IMG/VR virus record: IMGVR_UViG_3300024999_000042
Reading direction: 5' to 3' (one strand)
From: a virus
DNA: 64,000 nt
Part shown: positions 1-9,598 of the stretch, in pieces
Position numbering within the stretch: position 1 is the first letter of the stretch
Layout of the letters: the number at the start of each line of letters is the position of its first letter
The notes under the pieces: model-generated
What the model was told of the DNA's origin: nothing
Seen by the model: only the letters and a program-made list of their open reading frames with translations
Databases searched by the model: none
Program-made: the position numbers and the translations under genes

Positions 1-478
1 CAACATTTTGTTGAGTGATGCTTTCTAATTTATTAATATTGATTTCCATAAATGATTGCATCTTTAATTCTATATCTGCATTATTCTCAACATTGAGTAA
101 ATAAGTTCTAACTTGTTTTGCTATTATACTATCTCTCAAAAGCATACCTAATCTAAGAATACTTCTCCTTGGAAGAATTGTTAAAGATCCTGCTCTTGAC
201 TCAATTTGACTCTCCGCTTTCAAAGCGGAAAGTTCTTTTCCTTTTAAAACCTTCATTCCGTCATCAGTTAATTCATCTTTATTATGTCTAATATGGCTTT
301 CTATAGCATCTATATTAACTTCATAATAATTTGCTACATCTTTAACTGTTGTGTGAAGATTATCTGGCAACAAAACTAGTGCTTTTACTTTTTCTAAGAC
401 ATAATCTTTATCCATATATTGATCTCTCATTGTTTTTGACTCTACCAACATTAACTCATTATTATTATTATTTTCCAT
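1..478 (-). CDS. Antirepressor-like DNA-binding protein (runs off the window start; not in ORF track)
   Basis: Manual translation MENNNNNELMLVESKTMRDQY...VLEKVKALVLLPDNLHTTVKDVANYYEV...LTILPRRSILRLGMLLRDSIIAKQVRTYLLNVE; SD-like GAAAGAAGG upstream. Confidence 0.7.
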   Translation of the reverse strand, partial: MENNNNNELMLVESKTMRDQYMDKDYVLEKVKALVLLPDNLHTTVKDVANYYEVNIDAIESHIRHNKDELTDDGMKVLKGKELSALKAESQIESRAGSLTILPRRSILRLGMLLRDSIIAKQVRTYLLNVENNADIELKMQSFMEININKLESITQQNV

Positions 479-506
479 TATTAAAACAACCTTCTTTCTT
501 TATAAT

Positions 507-671
507 TTATTTTTTGTAATTATTGATAATATTTCTAAGTAATTCTCCATCTCTAAACAGATATACATTTCTTCCACCATTTTTTGCATCAATTCTAATA
601 CTGTGCATTGGGAATCCATTCATTAGAATAAATCCTGCTAACCTTTGTGAAAAACAATTGTATAGTTCCAA
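507..671 (-). CDS. Small DUF5659-like protein, 54 aa, TTG start (not in ORF track)
   Basis: GGAGGTG SD then MELYNCFSQRLAGFILMNGFPMHSIRIDAKNGGRNVYLFRDGELLRNIINNYKK. Confidence 0.65.
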   Translation of the reverse strand: MELYNCFSQRLAGFILMNGFPMHSIRIDAKNGGRNVYLFRDGELLRNIINNYKK

Positions 672-717
672 CTTTCTCACCTCCTTTCAATAAATCAATT
701 AAATCTGGACATAAATA

Positions 718-751
718 AAAGAGAGAATCTTAAATTAATAAAATTCTCTCA
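718..751. terminator. Intrinsic terminator-like hairpin
   Basis: GAGAGAAT...ATTCTCTC inverted repeat flanked by an A-tract (U-tract on the minus strand). Confidence 0.55.
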
Positions 752-1286
752 AATCGAACTAAATCGCCTAATATTTGATTTTATAACCTATTTTACCTCT
801 CTCATGCTTCCATTATCTCTTGATTCCTTCTATTTACTACCTAGTCTATACCTACCCTATGAATTGAGAATTTTCTGGGATTTATGTTTTAATTGTTTTA
901 TTTCTCCAATATTAATAGAATTATAAGAAAAATAAAATATCCTATAATACATCCAACAATTATGTACTTCATATCTTGTCACCTTAATACAAATTACAAT
1001 ATTTACCACATTTACAACCTTACTACACCAACACTTTCAGGCCCACAATAAATTGAAATGCACAAAAACAACCCTAGAATCAATCAGAACTATCTTATAG
1101 CATAATTGTTCCACTCAATAAATCAAGACGCTTAAATGGGCCTCTAATTTGTGATATCTTACATTTATTAATATTCAATTAAATCAAATTTTAATAAAAT
1201 TTTTCTTACACCAAAATAAATTTCTACACAAAAATTTGTATATAATTTATCAACTTGATTAATAAAATTTTTCATTATTGTCATAA

Positions 1287-1823
1287 TTATTTCTCCTCTG
1301 TGATAGATTTATTTACAGTTTCTATAACTGATTTAACTGCCAATTCCGCATCGTTTGTTGCTTTGACTAAAACTTTATCATATGTTTCTTTCATCATTTC
1401 TTCAGGAATAGAAATTGTATTTGTTGATGTTTCTTCTTTAATATTATTTTCAATTAATTCTGTTACAGGAATATCAGGTTGAACAATTACATTATCTAAC
1501 TCATTTAAACCCTTCTTAACTTCTAATACACTACTCTCCAATAATAGTCTCCATTGATTATCATCTAATTTTACTCCGTACTTTTTAGCTAATTGATTTG
1601 CTGAATTTAAAGCAGAACTTAGTTTTACACTATTATCAATTCCTAAATCCTTTGAGACTTGATTTACGTAAGTAACTGCATTTGTAGCTATAATTTTTGC
1701 TGTATTAAGTTGTTTAGCGTTTGTATGTTGTCTGATGAATGAGACTAAATATGCGATTACAACTGGCAAACCAGTAGTGATAATTGTGAGTAAAGTGTTA
1801 TAAACTAAAGTATTAAAATCCAT
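1287..1823 (-). CDS. Holin (LL-H-like)
   Basis: Single N-terminal TM helix, AVTYVNQ and LLESSVLEV motifs, lies in the lysis cassette. Confidence 0.7.
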   Translation of the reverse strand: MDFNTLVYNTLLTIITTGLPVVIAYLVSFIRQHTNAKQLNTAKIIATNAVTYVNQVSKDLGIDNSVKLSSALNSANQLAKKYGVKLDDNQWRLLLESSVLEVKKGLNELDNVIVQPDIPVTELIENNIKEETSTNTISIPEEMMKETYDKVLVKATNDAELAVKSVIETVNKSITEEK

Positions 1824-1854
1824 TTAATTCATCTCCTAATTTTCTTATTTTTTA

Positions 1855-2298
1855 TTACATAGAAATTTTAATTCCGTATTTATTAGCTAAATATCCCGCT
1901 ATACAAGCTCCTAAAATAGCTAATACTTTAATAATTATATCTTTTTTATTATTATCTTTTGTTTTTATTACTTCTGTATTTTTTGCATTTTCTGATTTTG
2001 TAATCTCAGTGTCTTTAATGTCTTTTGATTTAATTATCTCTGTATTATTATTACTGGTGTTAAGTACGAGTTGTGTCATTAAATTGGTCATCGAACTGGT
2101 GGTTTGCAAATAATTATTTTCGAAACGTACTAATGTGCCTTTGATATCCTTAACCTGTTCTTCTAGTCCAAACATTTTTTCTTTTGTAGTAGCTGTGTCA
2201 ATTTCTAACTTAATAATCCTGCAACCGTGGTCGTCTAATATTTCCTTGACTTCATTATCATCCAAACTCACATCTAACACCTCTTTCGTAATTAACAT
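1855..2298 (-). CDS. Lysis-cassette protein with coiled coil and C-terminal TM helix (XhlA-like)
   Basis: LDDHGCRIIKLE N-terminus, hydrophobic C-terminal IIIKVLAILGACIAGYL, located between amidase and holin. Confidence 0.55.
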   Translation of the reverse strand: MLITKEVLDVSLDDNEVKEILDDHGCRIIKLEIDTATTKEKMFGLEEQVKDIKGTLVRFENNYLQTTSSMTNLMTQLVLNTSNNNTEIIKSKDIKDTEITKSENAKNTEVIKTKDNNKKDIIIKVLAILGACIAGYLANKYGIKISM

Positions 2299-2425
2299 TT
2301 GACTTTGCCCCTTTCTTATGATATATTGTTTATAGGTTGCATCTCTAGTACAGATGTATCCCTAGACAAGTTACAGAAATTGGGCAATTTTTCTGTACTT
2401 GTCATACATATGACAACTAAGTAAA

Positions 2426-2530
2426 TAAAATTAATAATTTCACTAAAGTTTAAACATTTACTAAAATTAATAATTTCACTAAAGTTTAAACATTTACTAA
2501 AATTTAATAATTTTACTAAATGTTTAAATA
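2426..2530. repeat. 36-bp tandem repeat, two exact copies plus one degenerate copy
   Basis: TAAAATTAATAATTTCACTAAAGTTTAAACATTTAC at 2426-2461 and 2462-2497, degenerate copy from 2498. Confidence 0.9.
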
Positions 2531-2613
2531 AAATTAAATTAACTTTAGTGGATTATATTTAAAGAGATATAATTTATAATTACATCTCTAATTTGAGTTT
2601 TTATTTAATAATA

Positions 2614-3279
2614 TTAAGCAAGTTCTAATCTTTTGGTAGCATATCCCAATTTTATAATATCCTTAATTAATTGATCTGCTTTTGAATCTAACACCCTCAC
2701 TGATAAATATACATCTTTATCTACTTTTGTTGTTGCATCTGCCACTTTATAAACAACTCCCTTATTATTTTTCAACTCAATAATCTTTGCATCAATGGCA
2801 TCACATAATTGTTTCCATGTTTTCCCCATTCTCGTTAAATAACCATAAGGATCTGTATGGTCGATCCCCTTGTATAATGATCTTAATCCATTATGTGACC
2901 AAACATTATCATCAACATTCCAATTGTGTTTAATACATAAATCAGCAACAAACCAAACTGTTTTATTCCATACAATTTCAAATTGAGCTTTATCTGCTGT
3001 TTCACACATTTCTATTCCTAACCACTCTCTATTACCTTGCCAATTACCTGTATGCCATGCCATTTCATTTTCAGGAATAAATTGATATATTTCTTCTCCA
3101 ATCCAATCTGCAATAAAGTGGACAGATGATTGTCTATCTGCGTTGTTCCAATAATTATAATGATTTAGAGAATTTGCTTCAATATTTGCTGTGCTGTGGA
3201 TTACGATTCCTTTAAGATTAATAAATTTTTCTTTTGGTCTATTCATTGATATTAATTGTTGTTTAATATAATATAACAT
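2614..3279 (-). CDS. Endolysin, N-acetylmuramoyl-L-alanine amidase (Amidase_2)
   Basis: GIVIHSTA, SVHF, AWHTG, LGIEMCE and HTDP motifs; likely start MLYYIK after AAGGAAGGTG SD (track ORF extends to 3357). Confidence 0.9.
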   Translation of the reverse strand: MLYYIKQQLISMNRPKEKFINLKGIVIHSTANIEANSLNHYNYWNNADRQSSVHFIADWIGEEIYQFIPENEMAWHTGNWQGNREWLGIEMCETADKAQFEIVWNKTVWFVADLCIKHNWNVDDNVWSHNGLRSLYKGIDHTDPYGYLTRMGKTWKQLCDAIDAKIIELKNNKGVVYKVADATTKVDKDVYLSVRVLDSKADQLIKDIIKLGYATKRLELA

Positions 3280-3375
3280 AATTATTTTCACCTTCCTTAA
3301 TAATAAACATTTTTTAAAAGAGATTATTATAAAAACCATCCTCCAATATAAATCCACTATTTCTAGGATGTTATT

Positions 3376-3852
3376 TTAACAACTTTCAACAAATATTAAC
3401 TTATCTGAACTAACTATATCTTGTGGATTAGGATATCTTTTCTTCACAAGTCTACAATTTGCTTTAGAATAACTATCATTAACTAATTCACTGCATATGT
3501 CTGCTTTAGAATCTATAAATCTAAATTTAAATTTAAAAATTTGCTTTAAGAATAGAAAAAACAACAACAAATAATCATACTTTTGTCCGATACGTGAGAT
3601 TGCATAATCACAAATTTCTTTACGTTGAGATTCTGTTAAAAAATTACATGTGTAAATATCCATACCGCCTTTATAATCTGAGATATTGCGATAGCGAATA
3701 TGTCCCACATATCCATCTGCCTCCACTAATTGAGTAGGAGAGACTACTATGGCAACATGACTATATTTGCTAGATGTAATTGCTCTAATTGCTTCTGAAA
3801 CTATTGAATTTGAACGATACGCCACCACATCTCCAATCTTAATATTTTCCAT
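3376..3852 (-). CDS. Permuted papain-like NlpC/P60 (YaeF/YiiX-like) protein
   Basis: GDVV, YSHVAIV, KYDY and CSELV: His precedes Cys as in permuted NlpC/P60. Confidence 0.85.
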   Translation of the reverse strand: MENIKIGDVVAYRSNSIVSEAIRAITSSKYSHVAIVVSPTQLVEADGYVGHIRYRNISDYKGGMDIYTCNFLTESQRKEICDYAISRIGQKYDYLLLFFLFLKQIFKFKFRFIDSKADICSELVNDSYSKANCRLVKKRYPNPQDIVSSDKLIFVESC

Positions 3853-3879
3853 TATTTTAATTCACCTCCAATACAAAAA

Positions 3880-3908
3880 TTGAGAGAAGAAATCAAATCT
3901 TCTCTCAA
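3880..3908. terminator. Intrinsic terminator hairpin
   Basis: TTGAGAGAAGA-N7-TCTTCTCTCAA followed by a U-tract on the minus strand. Confidence 0.65.
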
Positions 3909-3938
3909 TACTTAAAACCCGTATTTTCAGGGATTATT

Positions 3939-4352
3939 CTACCAATTAATAATTTCAGCTTTTGCGATAGTATCACAATTTATATCTTCAATTCCAGCTT
4001 TCAATCCAAAATACTTCATTAATAAACCTTCTTTATGTGTTTTTGCTTCTTTAAAGATTACTAAGAATTGCTCTCTTGTAAACATTGCTAATCCTGCGTC
4101 AGATGTATTAAAAGCGATTGAATTTAATTCAGGGTAAAGAGCGAGTGACAAACCCGTTTGAGTCATATTGTTTTGGTAGTCAGCATTTAATGGAAAAATA
4201 TGTCCTGTAGATTCTGAAACAAATCCATTCTCAATTTCTGCTGTACATTGTTGAAAGAGTTTTTCTATTTTCCAAACTTTGTATTCTAAAAGCGTGTTTG
4301 GAATTGCTAATTCTGATATTTCCGTATATACCCCATTTTCTAATATTTGCAT
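3939..4352 (-). CDS. Tail fibre-associated/chaperone protein (DUF4376-like)
   Basis: CTAEIENGF...YQNNM...FTREQF pattern with C-terminal W, downstream of fibre genes. Confidence 0.6.
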   Translation of the reverse strand: MQILENGVYTEISELAIPNTLLEYKVWKIEKLFQQCTAEIENGFVSESTGHIFPLNADYQNNMTQTGLSLALYPELNSIAFNTSDAGLAMFTREQFLVIFKEAKTHKEGLLMKYFGLKAGIEDINCDTIAKAEIINW

Positions 4353-4390
4353 ATATTATTTTACTCCTTTTTAATAATTTATTAATTATC

Positions 4391-4699
4391 TCAACCAATA
4401 TCTACATATTTTCCAAAACAATTTGTCTCCATTAATAAATCATATGCTTTTCTAAAATTTCCTTCACATATGATAAGTGCTTTTTTGATATCCATAATTC
4501 CATGTCCTGTAAGTTCACGAAATTCTTTTATCATTTTTGCAGTTATAGTTGTTGTTTTATAATCTATTGAATTCAACTTTTTCCTATATTCAGGTGCATG
4601 TAATTCTTCTACAATTGGAATCATACCAAGAGTAATTATTTCATCACTCTTGGTTTCATAATGTTTATTGTAAATTGGACAATCTGCTGTTAATAACAT
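4391..4699 (-). CDS. Small protein containing an EF-Ts N-terminal (UBA-like) domain
   Basis: [38 protein letters not shown] resembles the EF-Ts N-terminus (ITAxxVKELRExTGAGMMDCKKAL). Confidence 0.75.
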   Translation of the reverse strand: MLLTADCPIYNKHYETKSDEIITLGMIPIVEELHAPEYRKKLNSIDYKTTTITAKMIKEFRELTGHGIMDIKKALIICEGNFRKAYDLLMETNCFGKYVDIG

Positions 4700-4718
4700 T
4701 TAATTTGTCACTTCTTTC

Positions 4719-7700
4719 TTAACCCAATGCTCCTAGCAATTTAGTAACATATTTTTCTACACCAGTATTTGCCCTAGTCATCACGATTCTCTGAGCAATT
4801 TTACTTCCAACAGGAGCAAATATTGTATATTGATCTTCTTTGGTGTCAACATCGACTACTGTAGTTTTTTTAGTAGGGGTTAGAAATATCTCATTACCTG
4901 AGTTGATTATTGAGAATTTAGAGTCAATTGTGAAATTTACATCGTTACTATACTGTATCCAAGAGGCAATTTGTCCTGAACTTACAGCAGGAGTAATATT
5001 ATAAACTACTGACTCTTCTAAAAGTGGCAAAAAGGTAATATCTGACCACAAACCAAAAAATTTAACAACACTGCTACTCATATAAATAATCAATGGCTTA
5101 CTAAAATTAACTCCACTCGAATTATCTAACGCACTTGCATTAGTACCTGCTCCAATAGTTGTTAATCCACCAAAAGTAGTTGTTCCATTTAAGCAAACTT
5201 GATAAACTAATGTTCCATTATCTTCATAAATAGCATAAATATTTCCACTTGAATCTTCTGTTAAGGATACATTTTTACGGTCAACTGTATTTCCTGTTGT
5301 GATTTTAGTAGCTGTATTCCATGTTGCACCAGAATCATCTGAATAGTTAACTCTTACGTTTTGTTTTATTGTATCGGTAGAATCTAATCCGTGCCATCCA
5401 GTCCAAATTCGTCCGATGTTTGACCCATATTTTTTGGTTAGCGAGGAGGGATTGGATTGAATATAAGAAGTCGCTCCTGCATTATAAACGTATACTCCAC
5501 CATTCCAAGAGGAGCCAGAATAAGAGTAACACAAGATGCCATGTTCGCTGGTTGAATAATTAAGATCACAAATAATCCTTGGATTTCCATTGTTTAAACA
5601 AACTATTGAAGGATTCTTTAAATCTTCATTAACTGTGTTTAAAGTAGTAATCTGTGTCACAGCACTCCAAGTAACCCCGCCATCTGTAGATTTTGAATAT
5701 CTAATATTGAAACTATTGGGATATGTGGCATTTTTACTACACCATGTAGCATAGAGATAACCGAGGGAGTCTATTGCTATGGAACAACCTGAACCAAGTG
5801 CTGTCTGAGATTCCAAAGTATAAGCTCCTAGATTGACGTTTGAAACGGTTGTGGCATCAAATGAGTTATAGTTTATAGTTAAAGTCGATTGACGACTAAT
5901 TAAAAACCAAACTTTAGTACCTGAACTAACTAAAGCAAAACTACTACCTGCGCCTATGGTTTCAGACGTACATAATTGAGTATATATAGAACTATTATCT
6001 TTCGATACGTAAAATCTTAAGGTATTTCCAGTAGAGTCATAAACTCCTGCAACCAACCACCCATTACTCAACCTAACTAACTTCCTACCACCATTACCAC
6101 TTGTATCATACGCACTTGCAACAACAGTTGTAGGAGTAGACCTATCATAAGTTGTTGATGATGTGAAACCTGATGAAAACCCTAATCTGCCATTTACAGT
6201 ATCAACATTACCTAAACTACGATAGCACCAAACATTAGTTTTATAGTTGTTTTGTAAAGGTGTTACTTCTAGGTGAGGGTCATAAGTTGTTGTTGAGAAA
6301 ATGCCTCGGAATTTTACTGAAGGTGTTTGATTGTCCTGATAGATACAAATTGGGTCAGTGAAGTTTTGGTAATTAGAACAGATTGAAGGATGCAAAGCAT
6401 CAGCAGTTGTATTAGTTGTAAGGTTGATGATTGAACCCCATAAACCACTAGAATAAACAATTTTTCTAATCTGTGCATATGTTGCAGATTCTGTAAAACG
6501 TGCTCTCCACAAAACATACAGATTATTGACATTATCAAAAGTAATTGAGGGAATATATTGAGAATAAGTGTTGCCAGTTGTTAGTTTTAGCATAGCACTC
6601 CATGTAACTCCACCATCAGTTGACTTAGAATAACGAATATTAGAAGCTGATGATTCAGTCACGTCTAATCCATACCAAATCACGTGAATAACTCCATCAC
6701 TGGTAACACAAGCATTTGGTGTAGATTGAGTGTAAGTTGAGTAATAAATATCATACCTAGTCCATAAACTACCATTGTAGTTTAGATTGCGTACATAGCG
6801 ATTAGTCCCATCAGTCCAAGCATAAACTATATTTGGATTACCATTTTGCATTACTATACACGGGGAGCTACAGTCATTCCCTGAAGCATTGAATGATTGT
6901 AATTGCTGAACACTACCCCACGTTACACTACCATCACCTGCAATTGTGCCTTTTGCATAGCGAATGTTGAAACTATTGGGATATGAACTGTTTTTTGAAC
7001 ACCAACAAGCGTGTAGTTCTGTTCCTGTTGAGTTAATTGCTAGGGAACAGGTGCCCATTGTGGTCTGCGTAGATTCAATAGTTGTTCCAACAGCACTTCC
7101 GTCTGTACTTATACGATAAACCTGTTCACCCCAGTTATTAAAGTTAACCATAACGTAGACATAGTTCCCGTGTGCACATGTAGCTATTCCCTGAACTGAA
7201 GTAAATCCTGATGATAATGCATTATGTAATACTGTCCATGTGGCACCATTGTCTATACTTTTGTAGCATATAAACCCAGTAGTGGATATTTGAACTGTAG
7301 ACACTATCCACCCATTGCTCAAAACCTGTGGTCTAGCTGAAGCAGAGGTAGTATAAGCAGAAGCAACAACAGTAGTAGGTGTGCTTCTGTCATAAGTTGC
7401 ATTTTCTGTACTAATTCCACCATTTGTCACTGTTACATATTCTTTATTCACATCATCTTGAATGGTGATTTGTTGCCCTGTTGCAAACCATTTAGTTGAT
7501 GCAGTTGATGTGTCAACTTTAGATATTAGATTTGTGTCACCTGCTGTTAAGGGGGATGTTGCTTTGGTTTTTGTTGTGTCTAATATTCCAGTTGAATAAG
7601 TTGTGATTCCGTTAAATAAGTCAAAAAATCCTGCTGACATACCTGATGTTCTATTGGATATTGCAGCTAGGGCAGCACCATTTGCAGCTAATTTTTCCAT

Positions 7701-7772
7701 ATCTAGATATTTTTGTTTACTTATTCCCCCAAGATACCCACCTATTTGTAAAGCATTCTCAATATTACTCAT
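4719..7772 (-). CDS. Large tail/receptor-binding protein with BNR/Asp-box (sialidase-like propeller) repeats
   Basis: Repeated SxDGGxTW boxes (YSKSTDGGVTWS twice); internal duplication beginning TYDRSTPTTVVASAY. Confidence 0.75.
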   Translation of the reverse strand: MSNIENALQIGGYLGGISKQKYLDMEKLAANGAALAAISNRTSGMSAGFFDLFNGITTYSTGILDTTKTKATSPLTAGDTNLISKVDTSTASTKWFATGQQITIQDDVNKEYVTVTNGGISTENATYDRSTPTTVVASAYTTSASARPQVLSNGWIVSTVQISTTGFICYKSIDNGATWTVLHNALSSGFTSVQGIATCAHGNYVYVMVNFNNWGEQVYRISTDGSAVGTTIESTQTTMGTCSLAINSTGTELHACWCSKNSSYPNSFNIRYAKGTIAGDGSVTWGSVQQLQSFNASGNDCSSPCIVMQNGNPNIVYAWTDGTNRYVRNLNYNGSLWTRYDIYYSTYTQSTPNACVTSDGVIHVIWYGLDVTESSASNIRYSKSTDGGVTWSAMLKLTTGNTYSQYIPSITFDNVNNLYVLWRARFTESATYAQIRKIVYSSGLWGSIINLTTNTTADALHPSICSNYQNFTDPICIYQDNQTPSVKFRGIFSTTTYDPHLEVTPLQNNYKTNVWCYRSLGNVDTVNGRLGFSSGFTSSTTYDRSTPTTVVASAYDTSGNGGRKLVRLSNGWLVAGVYDSTGNTLRFYVSKDNSSIYTQLCTSETIGAGSSFALVSSGTKVWFLISRQSTLTINYNSFDATTVSNVNLGAYTLESQTALGSGCSIAIDSLGYLYATWCSKNATYPNSFNIRYSKSTDGGVTWSAVTQITTLNTVNEDLKNPSIVCLNNGNPRIICDLNYSTSEHGILCYSYSGSSWNGGVYVYNAGATSYIQSNPSSLTKKYGSNIGRIWTGWHGLDSTDTIKQNVRVNYSDDSGATWNTATKITTGNTVDRKNVSLTEDSSGNIYAIYEDNGTLVYQVCLNGTTTFGGLTTIGAGTNASALDNSSGVNFSKPLIIYMSSSVVKFFGLWSDITFLPLLEESVVYNITPAVSSGQIASWIQYSNDVNFTIDSKFSIINSGNEIFLTPTKKTTVVDVDTKEDQYTIFAPVGSKIAQRIVMTRANTGVEKYVTKLLGALG

Positions 7773-9598
7773 TAACTCATCACCTCATTTGAAGAAATAA
7801 CATAACTTCCATCTGTACTCCATACTACTGTTGCTGTATTTGTTGTTTCTAATACAGATGATGAAGAATATAATTTTGTTACTATTGTTTGTGGTTTATC
7901 ATTTGAGTTGAAATTAGAATAATCAATTGTTTTATATGTTGATGTATCTGAGCGAGTGTAAGTTATATTTGTTGTTCTGCTATTTATGTCTTGAGTTGAT
8001 GTCATTATTAAAGCAGAGGAACCATTTAAAACAGAGATTTTATCGTAATTAGTATCTGTCGTATTTTTTATTTTCCGCTTATCTGTAATATTTGCAGTAA
8101 TAATAATTGTAGCATTTGCTGCCACACTAATTTCTGCTAATAAAAATCCTCCTGCAGGAGTAGTTGGCACAACAGGAGAAACATTAGGTGTTCCTGCTAA
8201 GTAAGCAATTACCCCAGAACTATTTACATAAACAATATCAATTCTAGGATTAGTAACATCTGAAGCAGTTATTGCTAAAGTTGGACTTGCAGTTGGAACA
8301 TATCTAACTCCATTCGCCATATGAACTGTTCCTGTCGCAACATTTACTGTCATGTCAGGTGTGGATTGAGTTGTTGTTGTTAGACCTGATATGATGCCGT
8401 AGCCTGAACTCTCTAATGATAGGGGATAAACAGAATCAATTGAATCTTGAACAGATTGAACCAATTTGTCTAATGTTACCGATCCTGTTTGAATTAAACT
8501 ACCATCATTAAATGTAATTGCTTGTATTAAATTCTTAATAACTACAAAATTAAAAACAATAGGAATATCAACAGTACCATCCCATGTACCACCACCAGTA
8601 ATATTAATTGAAATTCCATTCGCATCAATTGTATAATCTTGACCAACTTCTTGATAAACAGAATTTTTATATACAAATAAAGAATCATTATTTACATTAA
8701 ATGCGGTTATTCCTCCCGAAACGAAGACAATATTGCTCACATTTATAGAAAGTGTAACCGTATTCCTTAATGTGGTGAAAGTTACACTTGCACCTTGAGC
8801 AACTGCTAAAGAAAAATAAGTAGTATTAGTCGGGAGAAATCCAGTTGTATTATCTTGTAAGCAAGCATAAAGACTTCCATTGTATTGAACTGCCTGATCC
8901 TTCATATATGTTACAGTTGGGCTATAAGTCCCGATAAACTGGAGTCCCACACCTGGAATTCCCTGTTGCCCATCTTGGCCTTGTACTCCACGAATCGACA
9001 AAACTCCCCAATAAGTTGTATCAACAGGAGGATATGCTTGGGATGGTTGTTGATTTGTATGACTTTGAATACAATAAAAGGCACTTCCATTTGAATATAC
9101 AATATCTATAAAATCTTGATTATTAACATAAGCCGTTATACCATTCCATGCAGAAAGTGGTCTTAAACTTACTCCTTTCTTTGCAATTAATGTCCACCAA
9201 GTATCTAACTCTCCACCAATAGGAGAATGATTTAAATTCGTATTTTGCTTTGACATAAAAGATTGACCATTAAGCGTTACAATTTGAAATTGCTTATATG
9301 TAGTTAAATTCGACCATATTCCTTGATCTGATAAATTAATAAAATTTAAAAGTAAACCTTCCATTGAAGACAATGCTTGTGCAAATTTATTCCATTTATC
9401 TGGATCAATAATATAACTTTGTAATGCAATTGTTAAATTATTGAGTTCAATTTGCTCGGCTTCCGATAATGACGCTTGTAATTTAAGAGTTTGAAATCTG
9501 GCAGCATTAATTTTTTGAGAAGGGGGCAAATCTACTAATATTTCGAAAATGTCTGGAATGTATCCATTTGCTTGCGTAAAAGTAGTAAGATTGGACAA
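7772..9598 (-). CDS. Tail fibre/baseplate protein with carbohydrate-binding-like and collagen-like repeats
   Basis: W/Y-x4-Y-x3-D-x-V-x-Y/L-NG repeats, GVQGQDGQQGIPG, position in the tail module. Confidence 0.7.
   Translation of the reverse strand: MSNLTTFTQANGYIPDIFEILVDLPPSQKINAARFQTLKLQASLSEAEQIELNNLTIALQSYIIDPDKWNKFAQALSSMEGLLLNFINLSDQGIWSNLTTYKQFQIVTLNGQSFMSKQNTNLNHSPIGGELDTWWTLIAKKGVSLRPLSAWNGITAYVNNQDFIDIVYSNGSAFYCIQSHTNQQPSQAYPPVDTTYWGVLSIRGVQGQDGQQGIPGVGLQFIGTYSPTVTYMKDQAVQYNGSLYACLQDNTTGFLPTNTTYFSLAVAQGASVTFTTLRNTVTLSINVSNIVFVSGGITAFNVNNDSLFVYKNSVYQEVGQDYTIDANGISINITGGGTWDGTVDIPIVFNFVVIKNLIQAITFNDGSLIQTGSVTLDKLVQSVQDSIDSVYPLSLESSGYGIISGLTTTTQSTPDMTVNVATGTVHMANGVRYVPTASPTLAITASDVTNPRIDIVYVNSSGVIAYLAGTPNVSPVVPTTPAGGFLLAEISVAANATIIITANITDKRKIKNTTDTNYDKISVLNGSSALIMTSTQDINSRTTNITYTRSDTSTYKTIDYSNFNSNDKPQTIVTKLYSSSSVLETTNTATVVWSTDGSYVISSNEVMS

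Noticed and set aside
2426-2530. 36-bp repeats as a CRISPR array
   Set aside because: Copies are contiguous with no spacers, and no cas genes are present
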